A stretch of DNA of 64,000 bases from Actinomycetota bacterium (GTDB lineage: Bacteria > Actinomycetota > Acidimicrobiia > Acidimicrobiales > Ilumatobacteraceae), in NCBI GenBank assembly GCA_037139095.1, contig JBAXHD010000008.1, forward strand, positions 16,781 to 80,780, written 5' to 3'. Below the pieces are notes generated by a model that was not told the origin of the DNA, searched no databases, and worked only from the letters and a program-made list of their open reading frames with translations. This document shows, one piece after another, positions 1 to 8,724 of this stretch (position 1 is the stretch's first letter; each line of letters begins with the position of its first letter). A program made the position numbers and the translations under genes.

Positions 1-1265
1 GGCTCGGTCATAGCGGTGCGGGCATCGTGGTCGCTGATGAGGGTCTCAAGTCCGGCCCGCGTGGCGAGGCAACGGTCTGCGCGCATGTCGTGATATTGCA
101 GATCGATGGCCTTGAGCTTGGCGTCGCCGGGGCTGAGTTGATGGCGATCGGCGAAACCATCGACCAAGCGCTGCTTGGCCACCCAGTCGACCCAGTGAGC
201 GACCGAGTTGCGGTCAGTCTCGAGGCCAGCCAACACCATCTCCCAACGGGCGAGCAGGTCTATGGCAACTTCTTCTCCCACGCAGGCAAGGCCGTGGCTG
301 CGTTCGTATTTGCGGGCGCGTTCGAACAATGCCCATTGCAACTCGATGGCGGTGAGGCGTGTGCCGTCGCGTAGCGCAACGGTGGTGGTGAGCGACGGGT
401 CCTGGCTGATCTGCCGAATAGCCGAAACGGGATGTGCCAACGTGAGTTCGCTGCCGATGATGTCGTCTTCGATCATGGCCAGCACAATTGCTGTGGTACC
501 CACTTTGAGATAGGTGGCTACTTCGCTCATATTTGCGTCGCCAACAATCACGTGAAGTCGGCGGTATTTCTGAGGATCGCAGTGCGGTTCATCGCGGGTG
601 TTCACAATGGGCCGCTTCAGCGTGGTCTCGAGACCAACCTCTTCTTCAAGAAAGTCGGCGCGCTGACTGATTTGGTACGGCACGGCGAGGGAACTGGTGC
701 CAGAAAGTTCGCTGCCAACTTTTCCTGCGCCGCAAAACACTTGCCGTGACACGAAGTGCGGAGTGACCTGGCTCACGATGCGCGAAAAGGGCGTGGCTCG
801 GTCGACGAGATAGTTCTCGTGGCAGCCGTAGCTGTTGCCTTTGCCGTCGGAATTGTTCTTATACGTAACGATCTCGCTGCCGTCGTTGAGCAACTGTTTT
901 GCTGCGATCATGCTGGCCCGCACGATTTCTTCGGCGGCACGATCGAAGCGCACCACTTCGAGGGCCGTCAGGCACTCGGGGGTAGACACCTCGGGATGAG
1001 CATGATCTACGTAATAGCGAGCGCCGTTGGTGAGTACCGCGTTCACGAGCTGCATCTCGATCTCGGGCGCAAATGAGTCGGGATAGCTGAAGCCGCGCGC
1101 ATCAGAGCCGGGGCGCTCGTGGCCGAAGTCCCAATCAACGTTGCGCAGTTTGCCGCTGACGTAGGCGTTGATCAGCGCGCTTGAGGCTGCAACTGGATTC
1201 GACTCCGCGCCGCGAACCTGAATTCCGTATTCGGTTTCGATGCCGCACACCTTGGCGATGGCCAT
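1..1265 (-). CDS. dop: Pup deamidase/depupylase Dop (N-terminal ~421 codons; the gene runs off the left edge)
   Basis: Absent from the ORF track because it has no stop inside the window. Hand translation of the minus strand from ATG 1265-1263 gives MAIAKVCGIETEYGIQV...LTNGARYYVDHAHPEVSTPEC...GNSYGCHENYL...EVGLETTLKRPIVNTRDEPH...RRLHVIVGDANMSE, with no stop down to position 1. These are signature blocks of the Dop/PafA family. Its position 24 nt downstream of arc favours Dop over PafA. Confidence 0.8.
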   Translation of the reverse strand, partial: MAIAKVCGIETEYGIQVRGAESNPVAASSALINAYVSGKLRNVDWDFGHERPGSDARGFSYPDSFAPEIEMQLVNAVLTNGARYYVDHAHPEVSTPECLTALEVVRFDRAAEEIVRASMIAAKQLLNDGSEIVTYKNNSDGKGNSYGCHENYLVDRATPFSRIVSQVTPHFVSRQVFCGAGKVGSELSGTSSLAVPYQISQRADFLEEEVGLETTLKRPIVNTRDEPHCDPQKYRRLHVIVGDANMSEVATYLKVGTTAIVLAMIEDDIIGSELTLAHPVSAIRQISQDPSLTTTVALRDGTRLTAIELQWALFERARKYERSHGLACVGEEVAIDLLARWEMVLAGLETDRNSVAHWVDWVAKQRLVDGFADRHQLSPGDAKLKAIDLQYHDMRADRCLATRAGLETLISDHDARTAMTE

Positions 1266-1289
1266 GCACTGACCATAGCCCGACGATGC

Positions 1290-3005
1290 CTACAGATATT
1301 GACCTGTGGCCATGCGCTCGATCGAGCGTCCGCCTGCGAACGGAGTTTCGTTGCGGCCCTCGGCAACGAGCGTGCGGATAAACACGATGCGCTCGCCCTT
1401 CTTGCCGCTGATCTTGGCCCAGTCGTCGGGGTTGGTGGTGTTGGGCAGGTCTTCGTGCTCTTTGTATTCCTGCTTGATTGAGTCGAGCATGTCTTGGGTG
1501 CTGACACCCTTCACGCCGCCGGCAATGAGGCGCTTGATCGCCAACTTCTTGGCGCGGCGCACGATGTTTTCGATCATCGCCCCCGAAGCGAAATCCTTGT
1601 AATAGAGCACTTCTTTGTCCCCGTTTTGGTACGTGACTTCGAGGAACCGATTGGCTTCATCGTCGCGATACATCTCGTCGACAGTGCACTCGATCATGTC
1701 GGGGACCGATTCGTTGGGCGCGATGGGGATCTCGGTGGTGAGGTACTGCGCAAAAATCTGCTTGGCGGCAGCCTCGTTCGGTCGCTCGATCTTGATCTTC
1801 ACATCGAGACGGCCGGGGCGAAGAATGGCTGGATCGATGAGATCTTCGCGGTTGGTCGCACCGATCACGATGACGTTGCGCAAGCCCTCGACACCATCGA
1901 TCTCGGCGAGCAGCTGCGGCACGATGGTGCTCTCCATATCGGAGCTAATGCCAGTGCCACGGGTGCGGAACATGCTGTCCATTTCGTCGAAGAACACAAT
2001 GACGGGCCAGCCTTCTTCGCTCTTTTCGCGGGCTCGTTGGAACACGAGGCGAATCTGACGCTCGGTTTCGCCAACGTATTTGTTGAGCAGCTCGGGGCCT
2101 TTGATGTTGATGAAGTAGCTGCGGCCCTTGTCTCCCCCGGTGGCCGCCGCAACCTTCTTCGCCAAGCTGTTCGCAACCGCTTTGGCAATCAGCGTCTTGC
2201 CGCATCCTGGAGGGCCGTAGAGCAGAATGCCCTTCGGCGCTGGCAAGCGGTGCTCGGCAAAGAGTTCTTGATAGAGGTACGGAAGCTCGACAGCGTCGGC
2301 GATCTGCTCGATCTGGGTATCGAGACCGCCGATGTCAGCGTATGAAATGTCGGGCACTTCTTCGAGCAACAAATCTTCGACCTCGGGGCGGGCCAACTTC
2401 TCGAGCAGCATGTTGGTTCGCGGATCCATACGCAACGAATCGCCAGGTCGAAGGTGCATGCCTCGAATCGCGTCAGCAAGCTCGCAGATGCGTTCTTCGT
2501 CGGCGCGGCCTACCACAAGGGCGCGGATGCCGTCGTCGAGAATCTCTTTCACCGTGACGACTTCGCCGCTGATGTCGGGCTGGCGGGCCATCACCACGTT
2601 GAAGCTTTCGTTGAGCACCACTTCGGCGCCACGCTGCAACGATTCGTGGTCGATATCGGGATGCAGGCTGACCCGCATCTTGCGACCGCTGGATGCAATG
2701 TCGACGGTGCCGTCGTCGTTTTTGCCAACGACCACGCCGTAGGCCGACGGCGGTTGAGTGAGTTTGGCCACCTCGTCACGGAGTGACGAGATGTGTTCGC
2801 GGGCCTCACGGAGTGTGTAGCTGAGCTTCTCGTTCTGCGAGGTGAGGTGAGCAACTTGGCCCTTTGCCTCAAGGAGACGTTCGTCGAGGGCGCGCATGCG
2901 CTTGGGCGCGTCGACGAGTTTTTGACGTAGATGGCCGATCTCTTCTTCGAGCACGATTACCTGCGCCCGAAGAATGTCAGCTGCCTCGCTGTCGTTTGAT
3001 GTCAT
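1290..3005 (-). CDS. arc: Proteasome-associated AAA ATPase (ARC/Mpa)
   Basis: 571-aa ORF with an N-terminal coiled coil, Walker A GPPGCGKT and Walker [10 protein letters not shown]. The C-terminus ...ATGQYL is typical of Mpa/ARC. Starts at ATG 3005. Confidence 0.96.
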   Translation of the reverse strand: MTSNDSEAADILRAQVIVLEEEIGHLRQKLVDAPKRMRALDERLLEAKGQVAHLTSQNEKLSYTLREAREHISSLRDEVAKLTQPPSAYGVVVGKNDDGTVDIASSGRKMRVSLHPDIDHESLQRGAEVVLNESFNVVMARQPDISGEVVTVKEILDDGIRALVVGRADEERICELADAIRGMHLRPGDSLRMDPRTNMLLEKLARPEVEDLLLEEVPDISYADIGGLDTQIEQIADAVELPYLYQELFAEHRLPAPKGILLYGPPGCGKTLIAKAVANSLAKKVAAATGGDKGRSYFINIKGPELLNKYVGETERQIRLVFQRAREKSEEGWPVIVFFDEMDSMFRTRGTGISSDMESTIVPQLLAEIDGVEGLRNVIVIGATNREDLIDPAILRPGRLDVKIKIERPNEAAAKQIFAQYLTTEIPIAPNESVPDMIECTVDEMYRDDEANRFLEVTYQNGDKEVLYYKDFASGAMIENIVRRAKKLAIKRLIAGGVKGVSTQDMLDSIKQEYKEHEDLPNTTNPDDWAKISGKKGERIVFIRTLVAEGRNETPFAGGRSIERMATGQYL

Positions 3006-3153
3006 CGGTGCACCTCCTGATACCTGTTCGCGAAGCTACACCGATCGCGGTTGCTGCTTCAGACAATGGAAGCACCATTTCTGCGAAGCCTCGGTGTACA
3101 GTGGCTCTACTTTTACCCCCTTGTTATACGCCTCCCAAGGAGATACATACACC

Positions 3154-3399
3154 ATGAAGGTCTGGATCGATCAGGATCTGTGCACCGGCGACGGGCTCTG
3201 TGAAGAGATCGCCGCCGACGTTTTTACGCTGCTTGACGATGGCTTGGCGTATGTGCGTGAGGGTGCAACCATTTATGCCACCGCAAAGGGCAACCCTCAG
3301 GGCGCCGAAGGCATGGCCAACTTCGCCGACAGCCAACTCGACGCAGTGATCGAATCCGCCGAGGAATGCCCCGGCGAGTGCATCTTCATCGAGCCGTAG
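3154..3399 (+). CDS. Small single-cluster ferredoxin (CxxDxxC...CP type)
   Basis: Internal ATG 3154 of ORF 2974..3399, preceded by AAGGAG at 3137-3142. The 81-aa product MKVWIDQDLCTGDGLCEE...ECPGECIFIEP carries the cysteine pattern of 3Fe-4S/4Fe-4S mini-ferredoxins. Confidence 0.85.
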   Translation: MKVWIDQDLCTGDGLCEEIAADVFTLLDDGLAYVREGATIYATAKGNPQGAEGMANFADSQLDAVIESAEECPGECIFIEP

Positions 3400-3446
3400 T
3401 CACTGCCTCGCTGCGCTCTGCGCAGCGATTACATCGTCTGTACACA

Positions 3447-3471
3447 TCGAAGGGGCGCATTGCGCCCCTTC
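3447..3471. terminator. GC-rich hairpin between the convergent ferredoxin and trmI genes (possible bidirectional terminator)
   Basis: Perfect 11-bp stem CGAAGGGGCGC / GCGCCCCTTCG with a 3-nt loop (3458-3460). There is no clear U-tract on either side. Confidence 0.5.
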
Positions 3472-3500
3472 GTCGTATACAGATTCAGTTTTGGTGACGC

Positions 3501-4406
3501 TCAGTCGGCGTTGTGGTGCGAGGTTTCGTCGTGGGTGCCGTCGGTGGTCTCGATGTCGGCATCGTCGACCACATCGTTGACCACGATGGTCTCAGACACC
3601 GAGTCGAATGCGGTCTCAGGAGTTGACTCGCGTTCGCCCAAGAAACGTGCGGTGGTGAGAAACCCGGTATGGGCCACCATGCGATGATCGGGACGAACCG
3701 CTTGGCCTTCGATATGCCAGCCGCGATGCAACACCTCGAGGGTGCGTGCGCCGTTCCATGCGCGACTGCGAGCAAACGCTTCGCGAACCTGAGCCGCTTG
3801 GGTGATCGATGGTGTGTACGCAACCAAGATGCCGCCGCGACGCAGCGCCTTTTCTGCGTGTGGCACCACGTTCCATGGCTCGGGTAGATCGAGCACCACG
3901 CGATCGAAGTCGCTTTCGTCGATGCCGTCATAGGCGTCGCGAATCTGCACGTGATACCGCGACAGCGCATCTTCGCCCAGGAACGAGCGCACATTGGTGG
4001 TGGCGCGGTTGGCGAAGTCTTCGCGAAGTTCGTAGCCGGTGATCTCTGCGCCATAGCGCAACATGGTCATCGACAGAGCGCCGCTACCAACACCGCTCTC
4101 GAACACACGCACGCCCGGGCCGATGTCGGCCAGCATGCAGATGGGAGCGAGATCTTTGGGGTAGATCACCTGCGCGCCGCGCGGCATCTCGACGACAAAG
4201 TCTTCGAGGGTTGGCCGCAGCGCTGTGTAGGGCGACGCCTTGGTGGATTTCACGTAGAGACCCTCGAGTTGATCGACGATAAGCGAGTGAGCCACAAAGC
4301 CGTTGTGGCTATGAAACTCACCGCCCTCTTTCAGCGTGATCAGGTAGCGGCGTTGCTTGCTGTCGAGCAGCAGCACGCGATCTCCATATTGAAACGATCT
4401 GTTCAT
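3501..4406 (-). CDS. trmI: tRNA (adenine58-N1)-methyltransferase TrmI
   Basis: Real start taken at Met97 of ORF 3501..4694 (MNRSFQYGDRVLL...), forming an ATGA overlap with the upstream gene. The sequence is collinear with mycobacterial TrmI as remembered: EFHSHNGFVAH, MPRGAQVIYPKD, SAM motif VFESGVGSGALS, LDLPEPW, RPDHRMVAHTGFL. It carries an acidic C-terminal tail. Confidence 0.9.
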   Translation of the reverse strand: MNRSFQYGDRVLLLDSKQRRYLITLKEGGEFHSHNGFVAHSLIVDQLEGLYVKSTKASPYTALRPTLEDFVVEMPRGAQVIYPKDLAPICMLADIGPGVRVFESGVGSGALSMTMLRYGAEITGYELREDFANRATTNVRSFLGEDALSRYHVQIRDAYDGIDESDFDRVVLDLPEPWNVVPHAEKALRRGGILVAYTPSITQAAQVREAFARSRAWNGARTLEVLHRGWHIEGQAVRPDHRMVAHTGFLTTARFLGERESTPETAFDSVSETIVVNDVVDDADIETTDGTHDETSHHNAD

Positions 4407-5356
4407 CGTCGTCGAGCCCCTCTTCCGGTGATCAGTTCTACCGGCACCGGCTCGTGTGCGCTTGCGGTGGTAACCAGATGGCAGAACGCGCAGACTTCGC
4501 CAGTGGTTGGAGCGCCGCACGAGGTGCACGGCGCCAGTACGAGATCGTCGCTGAGCGCAAACGCGCTGAGCAGCGGCGCCACCTTGTCGACAAAGTTGAG
4601 ATAGAAGGCGGTCTTGGTGCCTGGCGACTGCGACTCGATCTTGTTGAGTGCGTCTTTGTAGTTGAGGTGGCGATTGCCGGCGGCCATCGGGCACTCATCG
4701 ACGAGATAGTCGATGCCGCGCACGACGCACCATGCCGCAGTCTCACGCTCGGACAAGCGCACCAACGGCTTGACCTTCTTCGGGAATCCGTTACGGGCTG
4801 GCAGTGTCGGTAGCTGGCGCGCCAGATATGGCAGCTCCCATCGCAACGTATTGCCATAGAGCACAGCAGCCTCGTCGTCGAGATTGTGCCCGGTGACGAG
4901 CGCGGTGTAGTTGCCATCAAGCGCCGCTTTGTCGAACAGGTGGCGCTTGCTCATGCCGCATGCCGAACACGGCACGCGACGCGTGGCGCGAGTGGCCGTA
5001 GGAATGTCGTATCCGTAGTCGTCGCGAAGCGAGATCTCGACGAGCTTGAGGCCGCGCTCGGCGGCAAAGGCGCGGGCGTAGTCGCCAGAAACATCGCTGT
5101 AGCTGCCAATGCCGAGACCGATATAGAGACCGTCGGCTTCGTAGCCGAGGTCGATGAGCATGTCCCAGATGGCCAAGCTGTCTTTGCCGCCCGACACAGC
5201 GACCAAGATGCGGTCGTCCTTGGTGAGCATGTCGAAGTCATCGATGGCTTTGATGACCTGCTTGCGGCACATATCGAGGAAGTGCGGTGCGCAGAAGTTG
5301 GCGTTGTGGCGGGGTACGTCGATAATCGCAGGTTCGCGACAGACGCGACATTTCAC
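4403..5356 (-). CDS. ttuA: TtuA-like PP-loop tRNA 2-thiolation ATPase (TtuA/TtcA/NcsA family)
   Basis: 317 aa with a GTG start. N-terminal CxxC...CxxH finger (CRVC...CAPH), PP-loop SGGKDS, Fe-S cysteines CSAC and ECP, and a C-terminal CxxC...CxxC finger (CTSC...CAFC). It is translationally coupled to a ThiS-like gene upstream (GTGA overlap) and to trmI downstream (ATGA overlap). Confidence 0.8.
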   Translation of the reverse strand: MKCRVCREPAIIDVPRHNANFCAPHFLDMCRKQVIKAIDDFDMLTKDDRILVAVSGGKDSLAIWDMLIDLGYEADGLYIGLGIGSYSDVSGDYARAFAAERGLKLVEISLRDDYGYDIPTATRATRRVPCSACGMSKRHLFDKAALDGNYTALVTGHNLDDEAAVLYGNTLRWELPYLARQLPTLPARNGFPKKVKPLVRLSERETAAWCVVRGIDYLVDECPMAAGNRHLNYKDALNKIESQSPGTKTAFYLNFVDKVAPLLSAFALSDDLVLAPCTSCGAPTTGEVCAFCHLVTTASAHEPVPVELITGRGARRR

Positions 5357-5553
5357 AGCGAACCGCCACTGATAACAGGGCGAATCTCGACGACATCGTC
5401 GGCGCCGAGTTCTTCGTCGCTTGGCACCAACGTGCCATTACGAATCACGAGATGCGATTCGCGGTTGAGATCGAGGTCGTTGAGGAGGGCATGAACGCGT
5501 CGGGGCCCAGGAATGTCGAGTTCGCGCCGCGGGTTACGGAGAAGAACTTTCAT
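5353..5553 (-). CDS. ThiS/MoaD/TtuB-like ubiquitin-fold sulfur carrier ending in ...ISGGSL
   Basis: Met90 of ORF 5353..5820 gives a 66-aa product MKVLLRNPRRELDIPGP...VIRNGTLVPSDEELGADDVVEIRPVISGGSL. Its size, the (N)G..V motif and the near-C-terminal GG fit the ThiS/MoaD fold. Its stop overlaps the ttuA-like start. Confidence 0.7.
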   Translation of the reverse strand: MKVLLRNPRRELDIPGPRRVHALLNDLDLNRESHLVIRNGTLVPSDEELGADDVVEIRPVISGGSL

Positions 5554-5647
5554 GACTGACTCGCTGACATAGGTGTTTCCTTCGGGCAGTTCGCAAACAA
5601 GCAACCATTGTGGTGGCGCGCACGACGTATCGGTGCACGATTGCTTG

Positions 5648-5911
5648 TCAGCGACGAGATTTTGCAGCCCGCTGTGACTTTCGCTGCGAGCGAGACTGAG
5701 GCTGAAGCGCCTCGAGGCGCAGCACTTGCCCGGGCTTGAGAATCTCGGTGGCGATGACCCGCTCGGTGCGGCCAAGCGCCTGGCGCAGCACACGAACACC
5801 CCAAAATGTGCCACCCACAATGAGCCAGCTGCGGCTGCCGCCCATCAAGCCTTTACGCAAACCCTGACGACGAATGTAGGCCGAGGGCGACGGCCCAACG
5901 CGAGGAGCCAT
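5648..5911 (-). CDS. Hypothetical small basic protein with one hydrophobic segment
   Basis: 87-aa ORF whose start lies 3 nt after the stop of the upstream small gene. Contains a SWLIVGGTFWGV segment. No recognisable family. Confidence 0.4.
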   Translation of the reverse strand: MAPRVGPSPSAYIRRQGLRKGLMGGSRSWLIVGGTFWGVRVLRQALGRTERVIATEILKPGQVLRLEALQPQSRSQRKSQRAAKSRR

Positions 5912-5914
5912 GGC

Positions 5915-6127
5915 TCAGACCCTGCGAATTTCGACAAACGTGTTCTTGGTCTTGCCGCTGCGACGACCCATCAGGAAGAACGCAATGAGCAAGATGATGC
6001 CGCCAGCTACAACGCCGGCGACCAAGGTCTGCTTACGGTCTTCGACCTTGTTCTGCACCTCGCCTTGAACGGCACGGAACTTGGCTTCGAGGTCGTCGCG
6101 AGTGACTCGGTGTTGCGCCTGTGCCAT
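5915..6127 (-). CDS. Small membrane-anchored protein (coiled-coil N-terminus, one C-terminal TM; DUF3618-like architecture)
   Basis: 70 aa. TM segment LVAGVVAGGIILLIAFFLMG. Forms a TGATG 1-nt overlap with the upstream holin-like gene. Confidence 0.5.
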   Translation of the reverse strand: MAQAQHRVTRDDLEAKFRAVQGEVQNKVEDRKQTLVAGVVAGGIILLIAFFLMGRRSGKTKNTFVEIRRV

Positions 6128-6471
6128 CAGTTGAATTCCTTTTCAATCTTGGTGATTCGCGACAACGCGAACCCGGTGATGGCCACGCAGACCACGAAGA
6201 CAATCAGGTACGGCACGAACGACCACGAGCCGTGCGCAATCGAGTGAACCCGTGCCTGCAGCAGGCGCAGCAAGCCCAACGAGATGAAGAACAACGACAG
6301 GGCTAGCGCCGCAGCGCCTGCAAGACCGAAGCCGATCTTGCGACCGATGCCCTTGAGCGGTCCGAGCGTTTCTTGCTTCGCATAGGCCTTGACCAGTTCG
6401 ATGACATCGGCGATGTCGCCTGAATCGGCAGGCTTCGAAGCTGAAGCAGGCGTGTATCCCTTTTTTGCCAC
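6127..6471 (-). CDS. Phage-holin-family / actinobacterial Holin-X-like membrane protein
   Basis: 114 aa with two TM segments (IGFGLAGAAALALSLFFISLGLL and FVPYLIVFVVCVAITGFAL) and an amphipathic N-terminus. This layout is typical of the Holin-X family. Confidence 0.6.
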   Translation of the reverse strand: MAKKGYTPASASKPADSGDIADVIELVKAYAKQETLGPLKGIGRKIGFGLAGAAALALSLFFISLGLLRLLQARVHSIAHGSWSFVPYLIVFVVCVAITGFALSRITKIEKEFN

Positions 6472-6505
6472 GGCACTATTTGTAGCACGTTGGGCAGGTC
6501 AGTTC

Positions 6506-7150
6506 CTACGGGCGATCGAGATCAGGGGGCATTTCGACCCCTGTTTCGTTCTGCAACCGAAATTGAAGAAGCGCCTCGACATCATCAAGTGCACGACCAA
6601 GACGCACCAACCGCTCTGACGGGCCGGGCGCAGCCAACAGATGTTGTTGATCGGACGTGCCGAGCGGCGCCAATGAACACAGTTGGTAGCTGCCCAGCAC
6701 TACATCGTTGCTGATCTCGGCCATTGGATCGCCATGCCGGTCGCCCATCTCTGTGGCAAGTGCGTTGACACGGCGAACACGTTGAACCATGTCGGAGAGA
6801 TCGACCGCCACGCTGTCGCTCTCTGACAGCTCGTCGGACCAGTTGCTGATCTCGGCGCGTGGGTAGGGACTGTCTTCGAGCCATCGATCGACGCGGATGC
6901 GGCGAGTACCAATGGTGACCAAGGCGTACCTGCCGTCGTCGATCTCGGCCACCTGAATGAGACGCGCCACGGTGGCGACCATGCTGCGGAGGTCGCCGCC
7001 GCCTACTTCTGAACCTCGGGTAATGAGCGCAACCCCGAACTCGTGCTCTTCGCTGGCGAGGCAGTCGCGGACCATCTCGCGATAGCGCGGCTCGAAGACA
7101 TGGAGCGGTAGTACAGCGCCCGGGAACAACACTGAGCCAAGAGGGAACAT
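6506..7150 (-). CDS. LON N-terminal (substrate-binding) domain protein
   Basis: Real start at Met131 of ORF 6506..7540, or at GTG 7174. MFPLGSVLFPGAVLPLHVFEPRYREMV... is the canonical start of the LON_substr_bdg domain. No ATPase or protease domain is present. Confidence 0.8.
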   Translation of the reverse strand: MFPLGSVLFPGAVLPLHVFEPRYREMVRDCLASEEHEFGVALITRGSEVGGGDLRSMVATVARLIQVAEIDDGRYALVTIGTRRIRVDRWLEDSPYPRAEISNWSDELSESDSVAVDLSDMVQRVRRVNALATEMGDRHGDPMAEISNDVVLGSYQLCSLAPLGTSDQQHLLAAPGPSERLVRLGRALDDVEALLQFRLQNETGVEMPPDLDRP

Positions 7151-7206
7151 CGGCAAGGTAGCTATGGCCGCCACTCTACGACTGATCGACCCGACGCGAA
7201 ACCGAC

Positions 7207-8724
7207 CTAGCGAGGCTGCAGCGTTGCCGGGTCTGGGCCCGACGGGTATGTGTTGAGTGCAGACTGAAGCGCCGACCAGATTGGCCTGAAGTTGTTTGGA
7301 TCGCGGGCGTTCGCGAAATTCAACAACAGCGAGAAGGTGATGTTGCCAGCTTTGTTTTCGACGAATCCCGACAGCGACTTTGTGTTGCGCAGCGACCCAG
7401 TTTTGGCGTGCATGCGGCCGACGGCGTCGGTGCCGCTGAACTCGTCGGTCAGAGTGCCTGTTCGGCCTGCGATAGGGAGCGCGGCCCCAATTGCGCTGTC
7501 GAGGCCTTCGTGCTGGAGCACCTGCACCATGAGCGCGCACGTGGCCTTGTCGGCTGCGTCGAGGCCGGATCCGTCGTGGATCAGCAGCTGGCTGGTGTCG
7601 AGGCCGCGGGCAGTGAGGGTGAGCATCATCACGTCGGCACCTGCTTGGCGGCTGCCAGCGTTTCCTGCATGAACGCCGAGCTCTTTGAGCAGCAATTCGG
7701 CGGTGTTGTTGTCGCTGTTGGTGAGCATCTCAGTCAGCACGGCGGTGAGCGGAGCCGAGGTGACCGAGGCAAGCACCGCAAGGTCGGCCGGAGCTGTGCC
7801 GGTGGTTGCCGTGCCGCCGACGGTGATACCTGCCGCGCGCAATAACGAGATCAGATCTGTGGCTGCGCCCGCCGCAGGATCTGAGTAACGAGCACCGGCG
7901 TTTCCGGTAGCGGCTCTGCTCGCGTCGTTCACCATGAGCGCGCCGAGCGGACCCGCCTCAACCCCCACCACACCACTTCCCCACGCCGCCGAGAATCGCT
8001 CGCTGTCATATCGAGAGTCGTCGCCGACAACGTTGCCCTGCACCTGGGTAATGCCTGCCGCAACCAGATCGGAGACCAGGGTCTCGAGCGATGTGGTGTT
8101 GGTGGGGGGATACTTCTGCGTGGATGGGTAGTTAGCGGTAGAAAGCAACGGGTCTCCCCCACCAACCATGTACAGATCGCCTGCGATGATGCCAGCGCTG
8201 GCCATACCTTTGAGCGAGGTCGTGAAGGCATAGTCGGGGCCAAGCACTTCGAGTGCAACTGATGCCAGGAGCACCTTGAGATTGCTCGCAGGTGTGACCG
8301 CCAGACCGGCGCCGTAATCAAGAATCGTTCGGCCTGCCACCGACACCTGCAAGCACGAGTTGCCAATGAGCATCTTGCTCACCGGGATCAAGGCGGCTGC
8401 GAATGCATCGCGACTTGCCGAGATGGCCAATGTCTGCGGGGCTCGACGCAAGGACAGCACCGGTGTTCGTGACGGCGTCGCTAATGGTGTCTCGACCACC
8501 ACTGGCTCTGATGGCAAGGCGATGCGATGCGAATCGGCCCATTGCCAGATTGCACCAAACAGAACTGCTGGGACAATCGCACAAACAATGAGCACGGCGA
8601 CGGGATTCACCCGCCGCGTCGGAGCCTTTGGTCGGATCAATCGAAGCCTCGTGTGCGCCGAAACTCTGCGTAGCGGTAGAGGTGCCCGAGCGCTGTGACG
8701 GCGCGGTTGCCCGAGGCGTAGCAC
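7207..8724 (-). CDS. dacB: D-alanyl-D-alanine carboxypeptidase/endopeptidase, PBP4 (S13) family
   Basis: Contains SxxK (ASNLKVL), DGSGL and KTGSL motifs and an N-terminal TM. The start is uncertain: 8724 overlaps the upstream gene by 88 nt, and GTG 8610 is an alternative. Confidence 0.85.
   Translation of the reverse strand: MLRLGQPRRHSARAPLPLRRVSAHTRLRLIRPKAPTRRVNPVAVLIVCAIVPAVLFGAIWQWADSHRIALPSEPVVVETPLATPSRTPVLSLRRAPQTLAISASRDAFAAALIPVSKMLIGNSCLQVSVAGRTILDYGAGLAVTPASNLKVLLASVALEVLGPDYAFTTSLKGMASAGIIAGDLYMVGGGDPLLSTANYPSTQKYPPTNTTSLETLVSDLVAAGITQVQGNVVGDDSRYDSERFSAAWGSGVVGVEAGPLGALMVNDASRAATGNAGARYSDPAAGAATDLISLLRAAGITVGGTATTGTAPADLAVLASVTSAPLTAVLTEMLTNSDNNTAELLLKELGVHAGNAGSRQAGADVMMLTLTARGLDTSQLLIHDGSGLDAADKATCALMVQVLQHEGLDSAIGAALPIAGRTGTLTDEFSGTDAVGRMHAKTGSLRNTKSLSGFVENKAGNITFSLLLNFANARDPNNFRPIWSALQSALNTYPSGPDPATLQPR

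Noticed and set aside
1266-1289. Looked for a pup gene (a ~60-70-aa ORF ending in GGQ or GGE) near arc and dop.
   Set aside because: Only 24 nt separate arc and dop, and no suitable small ORF exists in the window. pup is expected downstream of dop, beyond the left edge.
1494-2345. Long antisense or alternative-frame ORFs. Examples: 1494..2345 opposite arc, 28785..29795 opposite aspS, 17441..18319 opposite the LOG gene, 61726..62532 opposite der, 9336..10046 opposite the acyl-CoA synthetase, 35531..35922 and 36361..36864 within secD.
   Set aside because: They lie entirely inside strongly supported genes. Their translations are Arg/Ala/Gly/Pro-rich with no motifs, the usual artefact of high-GC DNA where stop codons are rare in all frames.
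3501-4694. Long N-terminal extensions suggested by the ORF track for trmI (to 4694), the LON-domain gene (to 7540), hisS (to 31642), the thiS-like gene (to 5820), queA (to 39872), ruvC (to 42075), SRAP (to 52681) and the second amidohydrolase (from 53578).
   Set aside because: The extensions overlap upstream genes and are Arg/Pro-rich nonsense. Internal starts reproduce the canonical N-termini of each family, for example MCGR for SRAP, MPEFQ..GMRD for HisS and MFPLG for the LON domain.
5648-6471. Prophage lysis cassette, suggested by the holin-family hit.
   Set aside because: There is no endolysin, spanin, integrase, capsid or tail gene anywhere nearby. Holin-X-like proteins are common chromosomal genes in Actinomycetota.
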